DNA from: Azolla caroliniana
Taxonomy: Eukaryota > Plantae > Polypodiophyta
Length of the DNA stretch: 64,000 bases
NCBI GenBank assembly: GCA_043228905.1
Contig: JBHGNT010000010.1
Span: 20,088,001 to 20,152,000, forward strand
Direction of reading: 5' to 3'
Both the position numbers and the translations under genes were made by a program. The notes beneath the pieces are model-generated. The model did no database searches, was not told the DNA's origin, and saw only the letters and a list, made by a program, of their open reading frames with translations. Each line of letters opens with the position of its first letter. The stretch's first letter is position 1. Positions 21,401 through 34,580 of this stretch are shown here, one piece after another.

Positions 21401-24400
21401 ATATCATAAGTATTTGCACATTCTTTTGAATTGTTGCATAACTCTATGGATTATATAAATCAGACGTATAAGTGACATACTTTGAACCAAACAATGTTAC
21501 AAACAATCTAATTAATATCGCCTCACCCAATTGCATGGGATCACAAGAAGCAACCCGATTCAAATGGAAGAATGTGAATAATGTGACATAGATCATCTCC
21601 ACCCAATTGCATGGAATCAAAACCAGTCCTTGGTACAATATCAAATTCCACATCCCTTGGATTTTTTTATTCATAGAGACTACATTCCACGATGAAAAGT
21701 TTTTATGATGTCAACACAACATGAAATCATTGTATAGCATTGAAAGCACAAACTTTACCGGTTCAACGTCATTTTTGTGTAGTGGATGTTTGCAATTTTG
21801 CTTCATAAATGTTTACGATAATTTTCCACGACATATCTAATGACTTTTGCATGATTCATAAAGTCAACACTTTCATATTGTTGTTTAATTTAATGCTAGA
21901 TATTCAATAAATGCTCTATATAAATAAATTGTAAACTATTGTACCTCAATATGAAAACACCAACAATTCATAAATACATAATAAATCCTCTTTACGAATA
22001 ATCCTTCATTATATAGACTCGGGAAGTACCACCTTTGATATCTATATATTACTCCTTGAATTGGTAGAGGAAGTTGCTCAATGTATTATTTCCAAGATTA
22101 CAAACTACCTACTTGTTTTCGTATGAACAAGGCTTACAAATACCATTGTCCAACTATGGTGAGAATTTCAATTCAATCATTGTCTAAAGGGCGAGGGATT
22201 ATCCTCGTCTAGTTCACGAAGTTGACCACCAATATCTTTTCTTGTGTATACGGCTATCCCAAATAATGTATGAATTGTTTTTGTTTTCAAGATAGGTACT
22301 ATGTTCGTATTAAGGCTATACATGAAATATGAACATTTAGGTTATGACCCTGTGCTATGTTCTAATTGTTTGCTTAAATAAGTACTTCGATGTGGAATAG
22401 AGCCACTCCACCTTAGCAGAAAACAGTCTATTAAATATTCTTTTGTCCTAGATGGCATGAAACTCTAAATATATTATCCAAAGAACCTTTCAAATTATGC
22501 ACAATCTCTATCCAAATCCCATAATTTATCTGGTCATGTCTTTTTGTAATACCTTCAAACATCTGCCCTTCCAAATATACCAAATTGTGAAATTACTTAC
22601 CAATTCTATATTTTAGGTTTATCAGTCTCTTTTTGTGGATTCAGAGGTATAATTGTTTTTCATAGTATACCGCACTCATAGCAAGAACATTTGTAACATC
22701 CTCTTCTTCGTATACAATTGGTTTATCTAGTTTGTTGGATGTTCGAGTGGCAATTCATGAAGGTGTTGATATTCTCCATTCAAGCTGCAACACCTAAGGT
22801 TTCCATTCTCATCTATAAAAGCAACATGTTTTAATAGTTCATGGGTATCATTTACATGCATGTTATCCCTCCACATTCCACAATAATGAAGATCAATTCA
22901 TTCTCCTAGTTCTATGTGGGTTTTATGTTCTCCATTGTACGTATGTTAACTAACTCTCACAACATATGTTAACTCATTCTCAACAATCTTGTCCTAATGA
23001 GAAATCAATTAATTGTCTATACATGAAAGGTTATCATAACGCTTACACAAATGACGCATACATGTAGCAAATGGTCCCATTCCTTTACAAAAACTACAAA
23101 TAGAAAAAAATGATGCCACTACTTTCATAAGAACCCACATGCTATTCTCATCAAAGAATCATTTTCACGGTTGATAACATTTTGGTCATTTTCACAATGG
23201 TTCCTAAGTTTTGATTGTCAACACAAAACACACATGTACATGTGTCTCACCAAGTGAAATATCTCTTTATGAAACCGACATACACGATAAAGATTGTTGC
23301 ATACGTTTGCTCACATGGTTGAATCATATCAGAGGTTTGGATTATATTGACGTAAGGTTTTCGATTTGAAACTATTAGAAAATGTTGATTTAAGAGGAAC
23401 ATTTGACTGTTGTGTCTATGTGCGAGAATGTAATTAGGATTAATTGGACTTTGAGGTGAAGGCAAGACAAATGTGTTAATGCTAGGTATCTTTTGAAGGT
23501 ATTCATTTCCTTGGTAACATTTATGTCATGAAAGCAATGTTTAATTCTCTCCACTAAAAACAAATGAAATTCCAATACTTACACGCATCTTATTGTGAGA
23601 TGTTGGGAACCATTAGACATGGGCTACCTAGTGTGTGAGCTACTCAATGATCATCAAAATGTGAACCTACTATGCTAGTACATTTCCATCAATTTATAAG
23701 TTATGTTTCAACTCTTCGCTCTAATGTTCTTGATTATGTTGTTGCAATGTCGTTGGATGTATCCTTTATTCATGCAACTCTCATTTACTACGATTATCTC
23801 TAGGATGTATGGAGATATCTTATAAATCTAATTATATCCTACTCTCTCATATCTACGTATATGTCCCTAGCTAGCCGTTGTTGTTGAAGGGATATACAAG
23901 GATTATTAGTACATTATTTTAGGCTTGAATGCATTCCCACCTAATTTTTTAGTTTGATGCCATTAAATTATAGATGTGAAAATTTTTGCAAGTTATCTCA
24001 CAATGTCATGGTTGAAATCAAAGAAAATAGATTTTGGTTTTGGTTCATGGTTGATAAACCTTAGTTGAGAAGGGCGATTGATTTGTTGAAGGATTTATTA
24101 CTCGGGAATATTGAGGAGGTACACATTGTATAATGATTTTCATATATATTATATGAGGATATAAGAAACTCTTTCTTGTTACAAGAAAACTACTATAGTT
24201 TTGTGATCATTCATATGACTCGGTGAAATTGTAAGGACTTTAGTATAGGCACAACATGGATCTTCAAAAGACTATAGTTTCTTATGATTGCTCAATAAGA
24301 ATCTATGCCAAGTTAAAATACACAACATGTGACATTATTGTGATCATGCAACATGTGACCATGAAACGTGTTGTAGTGCACCAATGGAAATCTTGTACAT

Positions 24401-25239
24401 AGACACATAGTAAAATGGAAGGGATCCCATTAGTCCCATGACTCGATGAATACTCTACCCATGAATCATAGGCTTGGTTATGAACGAAGGTTAACCTTGG
24501 GAGACCTTCAATAAAGTTTGCCAATCTGAGTTTGAAGAATGACATATGCATATTGTAAATGAACTATTATATGAGGTACTAATTTACATTTTTGGACCAT
24601 GAAAACATATTTTGCAAAGAGCTCATTACAAATCCATTCTTAAATCATATGCTTCATAATATAAGAGCCCCTAACCTAAGCCTTAGAAATGTGAACTTAC
24701 AAGACACTTTACCTAAAAATGAACAAATCCAATTTAAGTGGAAACTCTCCAATGTTGATTGTTTAAAATCCCACATAAGTTTTTGTGAATTTCCACCTTA
24801 AGTATATATGTCTAGCTAGGTACACACATGCATAACTTAATTCCGTGGTTCCAACCCTGAATCTTTGCACAAAGTTTCATCCATGGATTCTTTCATAGCT
24901 TCAACTTATAAGTTATGATAATGTCAATATATAGATGAGTAATTGGTTAGACGATTGCATTGTTGGTAGTAGATGAGAACAATCATGTTCTCATATGGAT
25001 CTAGCATTTAGTATTTGTCATAGGATACATTTGAAAGGGTGTTGGGAAGTATATTATTAGGCTCATTTTAGTGGCTCTTATGTTTGATATTAGCTTAGGA
25101 ATTATTAAAGTGGGACTAATTGTTTGTGACACAAAGTATTGGGTTTCATTATGGTATAGTTACAAGTATTTATGAGCCAAGTGTTAGGAATTATATGATG
25201 TTCTCTTACAAAAGAAAATTTAAACCAATGGTTATAATC

Positions 25240-25467
25240 AACCATTTATCATTAATCATTGATCCTTTATCATGGATCATTAATCATTGAGTATCGATCT
25301 TTAATTGTCGACCATTATCCATCTTTAATTGTGGATCATGGATCACGGATTCATCTATCTTCAATCATCAACCATTTAATTATCAATCAACGACCCTTTA
25401 ATCATCAATCATTTAATCCTCAACCATCAATCACTTAATCATCCATAATCAATCATTTAATCATGAG
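25240..25467. repeat. Degenerate 7-bp-period tandem array (ATCATYA-like)
   Basis: atcatta/atcattg/atcatgg/atcttta/atcatca units in register over about 220 bp. Confidence 0.7.
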
Positions 25468-28400
25468 GAGACGAAATAGTGTCTTTGCCGGGAGGAGAGG
25501 TTGTGCCACGAAGCAACCCTCTCATTGTCCACAAGCTCTCCATCTTAGTAATGGCATCGAAATGATCATAATGGTCTCCTCTAATCCCATGATTAGCATC
25601 ACTAATTATGCGATTAGCATCAATCTCCATTGGATGATGCTTAATGGGAGGTTTGGTATTGATGGTTACCTTAATACGCTTATTAGAATCGCTAATTAGG
25701 TCAGGGGAAGGATTAGCGCTAATGACTTGCAGAGTGGGTTCGCTAGTGTTAATGAGCAGCTTAACGAGATGATTAGTATTGCATAAGAAGATGATGCAGA
25801 TGAAGATGCAGGCAAGGTTAAGATGCAGAAGAAGGATGATGAAGGGGAGGGTACCAGAGGGCTTCTCCACATTGTTGGTATGGTTAGCACAATGATTAGT
25901 CCTTAATGTTTGATTAAGCATAGTAATTAGGAGTCCTAATCAAGCAATGGGTTCTCCAAAAAAGAACTTAGCTTTTTGGGCACTTTTTTGTGTCCTACAT
26001 AAAAAAAGAAGCTAAGGAGGGGTATGTGTGTATGTATGTATGTATATATGTATGTTAATGTATATATAGATTATACACGTGACAGTGTCGATCAATTCGA
26101 GCTGCTAAGACAAGTCCTGTGGACATACATATTGATACATACGTAGTAACCAAGACACGTTAAGTTCTTCACAATTTGTCGTGGACCTTCCATTCCTTTT
26201 CACATGAATCCCAATCCCCCTTGTGGCCCTGCCTACCTCTGTTTTGGGCCAACACCTTGTTTCGTCTCCCCCCCCCCCCAATATGCAAGACACACGTGCC
26301 CCAGAGTTTCCATCAGCACACACATTTCTTCTCTTTTATCAGACAAGTCAACCTCAAATGTCGGGTCCACACTTAGTGCTTTCATTCGTCTACTTCGTCC
26401 ACACACACATAGTGACCCTTCTCGTGTCAATGTTGAGGTTTGAAGATTACAACACGATTATAACATAGATGTGACCGATGTGTTTTCCCTTCACACAGTG
26501 AGCCTACTTGCATCAATGCTGAGGTATGAAGATTACAACATGATTATGTATTCGACGAATGTGTTTCCCCTCCTTTGTGGCACGTCCTCATGATAAAACA
26601 AGAAACTCTACCTTTGACTGTTCCTTGTACCATACATACGATGAGTCAATTATCTCAGTACCCTTTATTCATCCGACGATTCCATGCTCAAATGCTCTCC
26701 ATAAATCATCTAAAGTTGACTAGAGTTAACTTTTTTGCATGGCATTGGACTTATGCTAAATGTTATTGTGGACATGTCGGTCGTGATAAACATCCCCTTT
26801 ATTGACTAAATCATACACCACGAGTAATATTAAGGAAGTCATCTATACATTCATGCCTACTTTCAATAGAAATCCAGAAAAACATCCCTACTGTATATCC
26901 GATAACAAATGTTGGGCATAAAAAACATCCCTACTCTATATTCAATAACAAAAGTTTAATATTCTCAATGTGCATTCTGGACATATTCTTGAATGCCACG
27001 GAAACTAACACTCTTAATATAATATATTGGTAAATGTAAAGTGCACTTGGACACATTGTTCACATTATTGCAACTCAAAGAACATGCACTCATTCTTTCC
27101 ATGGCCATGATCAAAACTAATTTGGACAACTATTTAATAATACTTCGTTCTTCACATTTACTACCGATGTTAGAGTTTGGGTGATTGTGAATAACATGTT
27201 TCTAGTCGAATTCTCGAATCGCAACAAAGAAAACACTAATTCGGGCCGTTTTTGTTTATTATTAGGATTCCTATATCATAGAAGTTATCAACATATCCAT
27301 TCTTATTCATGCCATTTGCAAGAAGGGGAAGTTGTCATCATCCTTAGATGACTTTGACATTTATGTTTTTAAGTCCTGTTACAACTCAAATGTACTTTGT
27401 TTTTCCAAGTAGAGCATTGGTTTATTTATACAAAGACATGGGCAATGAGGTAATGAAGTAATGTCCGAAAGACCGAAAAATGATTAAATTAAAGGACAAT
27501 ATTGAGAGACTAAGATATTTAAGCTTTAGAACCAAGTCCCCCATTATAATCCACTTCTATGAAAACAATTCAAAATCCACATACAAACATGTTAAAACAC
27601 GCAATTCTGCTTGCAAAAAACTCAAGTATGCACCATTTTCATTGAAAAGTCATAGAGTTTTGAAATTGCTTTAGTTGAAATGTCAAAGCTTAAGTCAACC
27701 GAATATTGACAATTGAACAATCCCCTCAAAGCAAAATCTTTTAAATTGTCAATTTTTTAGTATTAACTAACATATGTAGTAAGGGAGAACTTTTGGTGGT
27801 GATTTACACACTTATAGATATAATCTTAACCCAAGAATTCATGAAAAATTACACACAATTAATCATATTAATCTAACATGACATTTGTAACATACATCAA
27901 TAATCTAATAAGCTTTTTTCACATCAACAAATGGCCACAAGTTACAATATACTGATATAGAGACTCACACATAACTACTACTAAATGTTTTGGAAATGGT
28001 GCCATCATGATTCGTTCACCCATAACATGCACAAATTTTGAAATTGTTCGAATATAACTCTATTAAAGGAGAATATCATTGAGATACAATTAAATAGTAT
28101 CCAGTGATGATCCCAAATTAACATTATCCATATAGGATGAGCCAAAGTGAAATTTGCAACTTGTTCAAATACCAACCAAACTGAGACTTTTAGCGTTACA
28201 AATTTCCAAATGAACTATAAGATCATTCACATTTCTATTTGGCACGATCATGAACAACATATTATCATAATGAAAGAGGAAACTTCGAGTACCCTATCAA
28301 GGGGTAAACAAAGTAGCTCTAGACTTAAGAAGTCTCCCACCAACAAGGATGACAATTAGTGTTTGATATAGGCAAGGCAACTACTTGAACATTTCTCTCT

Positions 28401-29673
28401 GAACATCTCATAAACGAGCTTGTTCTTATAGACATTGACCTCGCCCAACTTTGTGGCAAGATGAGGACTTCTCATAGACATTGACCTCACCCAACTTCGT
28501 GTCAAGTTGTTTGGCCTCTAACAATCAGCTACCACTTTGCCACAATTCAACTTGTCATTGATCATAGAATATTCCGTCTATATTGGCCCAAATATTTGCA
28601 TCACCGCCAATAATACTCACCAATGTTTGTCAAAGACACTATGTTCAATTGACATTAACATCTCAAAAAGCATGAAATATTCCATCTCACTTGGCTTCAA
28701 TATTTGCATCATCACTATTTGCTTGATAAAAACCCATTTTAAACTGAAAGCAATGTAACCCTAATTTGATTGTCATGTCCACTCCTGTCAAGGTAATGGC
28801 CCACATCAAATAGAGGCTCTTTAGTTTCACTGCCCATCACCACACCACATTAAGAAAGAACAAACTTGGTTTCATCCCACCACCTATTTTTGAACATTGA
28901 CAATTTGAAAGTTAAATGTGCAAGATGTGTTTATTACATGAGTTCTTTTTGTAAGGCAGGTCAATCTTTCTTTCAACAAGGATGTATTATTTTCTGCAAT
29001 GAATAACAGAGTCTATGTGTTAACAATGTGATATAAGCTTCTGTAACTACATATATCACATACCATCCATCTTAAATTTGGCTCCTAATGGAATATTCCA
29101 TTTTACAAGAAACAAAACAAGCTTTACATCTATTTGATTGACACAAAACACGCAACTGTTCTTTTCCAGAAAGAATTAGAGACTACCGATTTATTTATTT
29201 TCTAATCACCCTCTCAAAATTCGATGGCCAAGCACAAAGATAAGTTGCATACTTAATGGACATTAAATACACATCACCTCATATAGGGGATAATTATAAA
29301 ATCATCAAGATTGAACTAAATCTTTTGAGCTCTAAATATGTGGAAATCCTTTAACATGCATTATCATATTCTACAGGCATACCAGAACATTTAAGAAGAG
29401 CACCATCACTAAAATCTTGAAGGGTCAGACAAACAAGTAGAACATTTACTACCTTCCGTGTATCTTATGTTCCTCCATCTCAGCAAAACAAAAGAAAACA
29501 TTTAACCATCTGAATTCAACTGAGCCCTCTCAAAAAAAGATCTCTGTAGAATAAACTAGCATTTATGTGACTACCAAAATAGCATAATGTTTTGTTGGAA
29601 CCGACTTGGTTTTTTAAATCATAATGAATGAGAAGAGGAAAATAGAAATCCCTACATCAAACCTTGGCCAAGT

Positions 29674-32600
29674 TCAATACGTTCTTTTCCGGAGGAGAGA
29701 CCTCTCTTTTCTGGGCTGAGAAGGAGAGGCTGTGACCGTTGAACCGGTATGAACCCAGAACTGCCCTTCTGCAATCACCTTTTGTATAATAAAAAACAAC
29801 ATGATAACAAGCAATGCAACCACAACAGGCGTCACTGGGGCTGATGCAAGTTCTTGTTTACCATGTTCTTCCTGAACGATGAACCGAAGAGCCCCAACAT
29901 GAACTTGTGGATTCTTCCCAAGATCTATATCCACTGAATCGGATTCAAACCCATGTGTTTTGCCCGAGAGACCCAATACTAGTTGCACTGAGTACTTACC
30001 CCTCGGAAGGTCTTGTACTTCAAAGAAATGTGATAGTGGAAGAGGAATCACTTTCTCAACCCTCGAGCTCGAAGAAGAACCGGAAGAAGCTACCACTCGG
30101 ATTGCTAAGTGTTGTTGCCATTTCTCTGCCCCTTCCACTGTGCCCGTGATTATGGTTGTAAGAGGACGATCAAACACTACAAAGTCAACCCCAGTGCTAT
30201 CATTCATGTTGACTTGGAGTTTGTAAGATGAGGGTGATGCTCGTTCAATCCTTGATGAGAACTCTGTGTTATCATCATCTTTTAAAGACACTTTAATGGA
30301 GTAGATTGTATCAGGTTTTAGACCCCTTAGCCGATACTTACCTTCAGCATCGGAGATGGCCTCTTCATAGTAGCTTTTAGACTCGGCACGAGCCTCAACG
30401 GAGATACCCTCCTCAGGCTTACCTGTAAGTGATGTTACTGTTCCGAGAACACTAAATGAAATTCGAGATGCAGTAAAGCTCACATCTACCACACTTCCTG
30501 ACTCAAGATCAATCGCCAAGGAGGCTGGGGAGAAGCTGTATTCCTTTAGCAGTGGACGCAAGAAGAAACTTCCAGGAAAAAGGCTATCAAACACATAAGC
30601 TTCTTCACCATAGCTTGTCAGTGCATTCTTACGGAATCCGCTATCTCCGCTTAAGGAAAGCAGAACTGACGGTAGCTGATCTTCTGCCCCTTGTCCAGGA
30701 AGTATATGAACAAGAATCTGGCCAAGCTTTTGGCATATAAAATTTTCACTATCTAATGCTTTGCAATAATATCCAGCCTTAGCTGCCTCAACCACATAAC
30801 TTATATCATCATAGAGCGGCCCAACAGCATAGGATCCATCACTTTCAGTTACAACAGTCATTAAAGCATCTCCATTCTTCTCCCCCTCTTTACGAATGAT
30901 GATGTTGACCCCTGCCAATGATGGGCTCACATTGCCTTTTATATACATTCCTGGCCTAGCAACAAACGAAGGAATACTTGGTTGGCAACCATCAACCTCA
31001 ACATATGCATGTTGTTCCCTTGGGTAAAAGAGGTACTCCTGGGCACTTTCTGACTCTCCATATCCAGTTATACCACGTACATCCCTTGGGACAAAAGTGA
31101 GTTTATCACCCATATCAGCCCAATGAATATATTCCAAGAAAGCACTTCCATCTTCACCAGTTACAGGTTGCAGGCGATTATTAGAGTCTGCGAAAGATCC
31201 ATCACCTCTCCACACAAGGACAACAATATTATTTGCCAATTCTTCCACATTCATATTTGCACTGTTCTCGATGAGAATTTGACCAGAAAGCATATACTTC
31301 TGGGCAACCAGCTTGATGGGAATGGGGTTGGAAGTGTCAAATGTGAATGGAAACAACCCAAATAAGGTACACGTCTTCAAGATTTGTAATGTGTAAACCC
31401 CAGGTTGTTCCACACATATATGTTGCCATCCTTTCACAATATGCCTTGTACTAGTCTTACCATCAGGGTGTAAGATCGAGGCTTCCGCATCATGAGTAGA
31501 GTGCACAGCCATCCAAAAACCCTTTTGTATAAACTGAATGTTTTCAAGGTTTGATGTTCCAACGTCAGCTTCAAGAGTGTTTTTTTCCCAACACCATGCA
31601 TCATCCAAACGAGGAATATCATTCAAAAGCTCATGCCGAACAGTTAATTGGTACTTTCCTGGTAAAACTTTCTCAAATAAGAAACTACTGCTGTCATCTC
31701 TCAAGCTTGTGGCCTGCTTCCTCTTTGGATCTAGTGTTTGAGTGCCTGGAACTATGGGTGAGAGGAACACTGAGACATTGGCATCACATTCCACAATACA
31801 TTTCACTGAGCCCGATACACTCACTTGTGCTTGAGTTAACACAACATCAAGGATCGGCATGGTGACAACAACATCAATGTAAGAGGAAGCAAAGACAAGG
31901 CCACTTAATTGCTCGGCCTTACTAGTTAAAGGTGTTAATCTATACTCTCCCGGTGGCACCTCGAAACAAAAAGATCCTGTCACGTCCACCCATTTAGTTT
32001 GTGCATTCACATTGGCTGGCCCATGTGTTAATGCCACTTGGCGCCTTAAACTATGTGTGTTGCTATCGATGACAATAGACCCACATAAATCATATTTAGT
32101 GGCAACAATGTCTGGCAATGAAGCCATGTTGGGTAGCACCATAAAGTTTTCTAAGCTTGAGAACTTATAATGAGGCTTTTGAGCTTTGATCGTGTACTTG
32201 GTTGAAGTGACTTGATCAAGCTTGTAGTAACCACCAACATCAGTGACTGCTTTCAACAGATCATCGATAAGTATCTGAACTCCTTCAATACCTTCTCCTT
32301 GACTACTGATGACACGGCCTCCAATAGAGAATCCAGTTACTTTAAATGGTTCAGATATGAAAATGTTTTGGTGACCAACATTCACTTCGACCTCTGAAGG
32401 AGAAACATCAAAAACCGTGTTTTCTCCTCTATAGAATGGCACTAGTTTATACTTCCCACATGGAAGAGAATTAAACACAAACTTCCCGTTGGCATCCGAA
32501 ACCGAATGGCACAAACCTTTGCCATGTGAAGCAAGATTGCTTATGGATTTGGTTCCACACTTAACAGCCGTGATATCGTCCGAATAAAGATATACATGGA

Positions 32601-33360
32601 CACCCAACACAGGAATTCCTTGTGAAACAACTGAACCTTCTACACTATAACCATTGACGAAGAAAATCTCGCCAACATCAACATTCCCAAACCCTAATTT
32701 TACATGTGGGTCACCTTTAATCTCCAAATCAAAGTTTGGGTGATGAGCTTCAAGCACATATTCACCAGGGGTTAGGTCAACAAACTTAAACTCGCCATCG
32801 AAAGTGGTCAAAACGGAAGGTAAAAGAGCATCATTAATTGCAACATTCTCAGTATCATCATGATAACCATTTTTAGACATCAGTCTAATACTAACACCAG
32901 CAGGACCTTTCCCTTTTGATGAACAACTAGGTCCTCCAACAACACCGACCACTTTTCCGGAAAGGGAAAAGCCGGTGTATCGGAAGTTAATGTCGTTATT
33001 TCCATTACAGCCTTTATTATCAACGATCACAGTGACTCTGGTGGGGTTCCATGACCATCCAGGGGGTCCTTTCACAGAGAGGAAAAACGTACCTTTGTCA
33101 TAAGAAGGGATGAAATAGTAACCATTCGGAGCACAATGAACTGTTTCTTTGATGAGACCGTCGGTGGTTTGAAGATCTACAGTGATGTGGGAGTAGTCTG
33201 GCTTCGGATCTGAATTCGATTTGACGCGAGTTAGCTTCGGATCTGGTTCTACGAATCCTCCACAGCCATGGATTACATCTGAAGAAGAAGAAACGGGGGA
33301 GAAGGAGGAAGAAACGAGAGAGAAACAGAGCAGGGAAGGAAGGAGCAGAAACAGAGCCAT
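29674..33360 (-). CDS. NOMO1: Nodal modulator (NOMO)-like type I ER membrane protein, 1228 aa, single exon
   Basis: Signal peptide; N-terminal IHGCGGFVE...CAPNGYYFIP.YDKG.F motif; repeated beta-sandwich/carboxypeptidase-regulatory-like units (VTGFSIGGRV); C-terminal TM helix and basic tail RKRTY. Confidence 0.95.
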   Translation of the reverse strand: MALFLLLPSLLCFSLVSSSFSPVSSSSDVIHGCGGFVEPDPKLTRVKSNSDPKPDYSHITVDLQTTDGLIKETVHCAPNGYYFIPSYDKGTFFLSVKGPPGWSWNPTRVTVIVDNKGCNGNNDINFRYTGFSLSGKVVGVVGGPSCSSKGKGPAGVSIRLMSKNGYHDDTENVAINDALLPSVLTTFDGEFKFVDLTPGEYVLEAHHPNFDLEIKGDPHVKLGFGNVDVGEIFFVNGYSVEGSVVSQGIPVLGVHVYLYSDDITAVKCGTKSISNLASHGKGLCHSVSDANGKFVFNSLPCGKYKLVPFYRGENTVFDVSPSEVEVNVGHQNIFISEPFKVTGFSIGGRVISSQGEGIEGVQILIDDLLKAVTDVGGYYKLDQVTSTKYTIKAQKPHYKFSSLENFMVLPNMASLPDIVATKYDLCGSIVIDSNTHSLRRQVALTHGPANVNAQTKWVDVTGSFCFEVPPGEYRLTPLTSKAEQLSGLVFASSYIDVVVTMPILDVVLTQAQVSVSGSVKCIVECDANVSVFLSPIVPGTQTLDPKRKQATSLRDDSSSFLFEKVLPGKYQLTVRHELLNDIPRLDDAWCWEKNTLEADVGTSNLENIQFIQKGFWMAVHSTHDAEASILHPDGKTSTRHIVKGWQHICVEQPGVYTLQILKTCTLFGLFPFTFDTSNPIPIKLVAQKYMLSGQILIENSANMNVEELANNIVVLVWRGDGSFADSNNRLQPVTGEDGSAFLEYIHWADMGDKLTFVPRDVRGITGYGESESAQEYLFYPREQHAYVEVDGCQPSIPSFVARPGMYIKGNVSPSLAGVNIIIRKEGEKNGDALMTVVTESDGSYAVGPLYDDISYVVEAAKAGYYCKALDSENFICQKLGQILVHILPGQGAEDQLPSVLLSLSGDSGFRKNALTSYGEEAYVFDSLFPGSFFLRPLLKEYSFSPASLAIDLESGSVVDVSFTASRISFSVLGTVTSLTGKPEEGISVEARAESKSYYEEAISDAEGKYRLRGLKPDTIYSIKVSLKDDDNTEFSSRIERASPSSYKLQVNMNDSTGVDFVVFDRPLTTIITGTVEGAEKWQQHLAIRVVASSGSSSSSRVEKVIPLPLSHFFEVQDLPRGKYSVQLVLGLSGKTHGFESDSVDIDLGKNPQVHVGALRFIVQEEHGKQELASAPVTPVVVALLVIMLFFIIQKVIAEGQFWVHTGSTVTASPSQPRKERSLLRKRTY

Positions 33361-33691
33361 GCCCCTGTCTCTGTCTCTGTCTCTGTCTTCAGATCTTGTA
33401 GAGCAAAAAGAGAGAGAACAAAAAAATCAAGCCTATATGTATATATCATATGTATTTTGTTCTTCTTCCAATTCTTTTGGGTGGGGTAAGAGACACTTTA
33501 TTCATATATTTGGTAGCTGCCCTTGCCCCTCCCTTTCAACTTCTGCTAATTACAAAACTGCCCTTCTGGTTTTCTTCCCTTTCCCATCCATCCATCTTTC
33601 CTTTTGTCTTGTCTAATTTAAGATCATAAGAGAGCTTCCATCGATTGATCTGTTCCTCGAGTTGCATGCTTCGCAGTTCGTCGGAGCTTCC

Positions 33692-33957
33692 CGCTAGAAG
33701 TGCCAATGTCAGTAACCATGCTAATCTCTCACATCCCCCAAGAGCCCTCCAACTTCCACCCAAGGGCCGACACTTTTCACGCTAGAAGTGCCAATGTCAG
33801 TAACCATGCTAATCTCTCACATCCCCCAAGAGCCCTCCAACTTCCACCCAAGGGCCGACACTTTTCACGCTAGAAGTGCCAATGTCAGTAACCATGCCCA
33901 TCTCTCACATCCCCCCAAAGAGCCCTCCAACTTCCACCAAGGCCCGGCACTTTTCAT
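33692..33957. repeat. 3 x 88-bp tandem repeat upstream of NOMO
   Basis: CGCTAGAAGTGCCAATGTCAGTAACCATGC... starts at 33692, 33780 and 33868. An older duplication of about 250 bp follows (33930-34350). Confidence 0.92.
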
Positions 33958-34389
33958 CACAAAAGTCTAGCTACAAACCCGTTTAATTCCACATGGAACT
34001 TTGTCGCAATTCCGATTACTCCATCAAGTAAGTTCTAACCACACATTGACACAAGTGTTTTATACGCTTTGTGCATTGGATGAAACATTGCCAAGCTTTA
34101 TGAAGGGTCTTATACCTATATTCTAATTAGTCATCTATATGAAGGGTCTTATACTTGAGGTATACATATATATCCCTCAGACTTCCACCAAAGGGCAACA
34201 CATTTTGCCACAAAGGCCTAGCTAGCAATTTAGTTAATTCCACTACTCCATCGAGGTTAAGCTCTAACCATACATTGGGACAACTATTTTATATGCTTTG
34301 TACATTTGATTAAACATTGCCAAGCCCTATGAAGGACCTTATATCTAGTCATGTGGTCAACACTATCTATATTTTTCCCTATCATAATT

Positions 34390-34580
34390 ACTTTATCGAT
34401 GTAGTAAGTTATTACATTGCTAACCCTAAGTCCTAGGTTCGAGACCCAATTATCTCAGCTCTCTATTACTCCATCCATATCCACTTAATAAACTAGATGC
34501 CAATGTGGACTGTAGGTATTGGCCCTATGACCTGTATTCTCCATTGGGAAACCTTACCAATTGAGCTACATCCATCATAC
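34390..34580 (-). mobile_element. Second, diverged copy of the SINE-like element at 15400-15587
   Basis: Aligns by eye at both ends (ccttaccaattgagctacatccatcat; gtaagttattaca...ggttcgagacccaa). No clear TSD. Confidence 0.65.

Noticed and set aside
18900-25200. Short ORFs in the long AT-rich region
   Set aside because: No domain motifs or consistent exon chain; probably old TE debris that cannot be classified by eye.
33692-33957. 88-bp repeats as a possible CRISPR array
   Set aside because: Head-to-tail tandem units without spacers.
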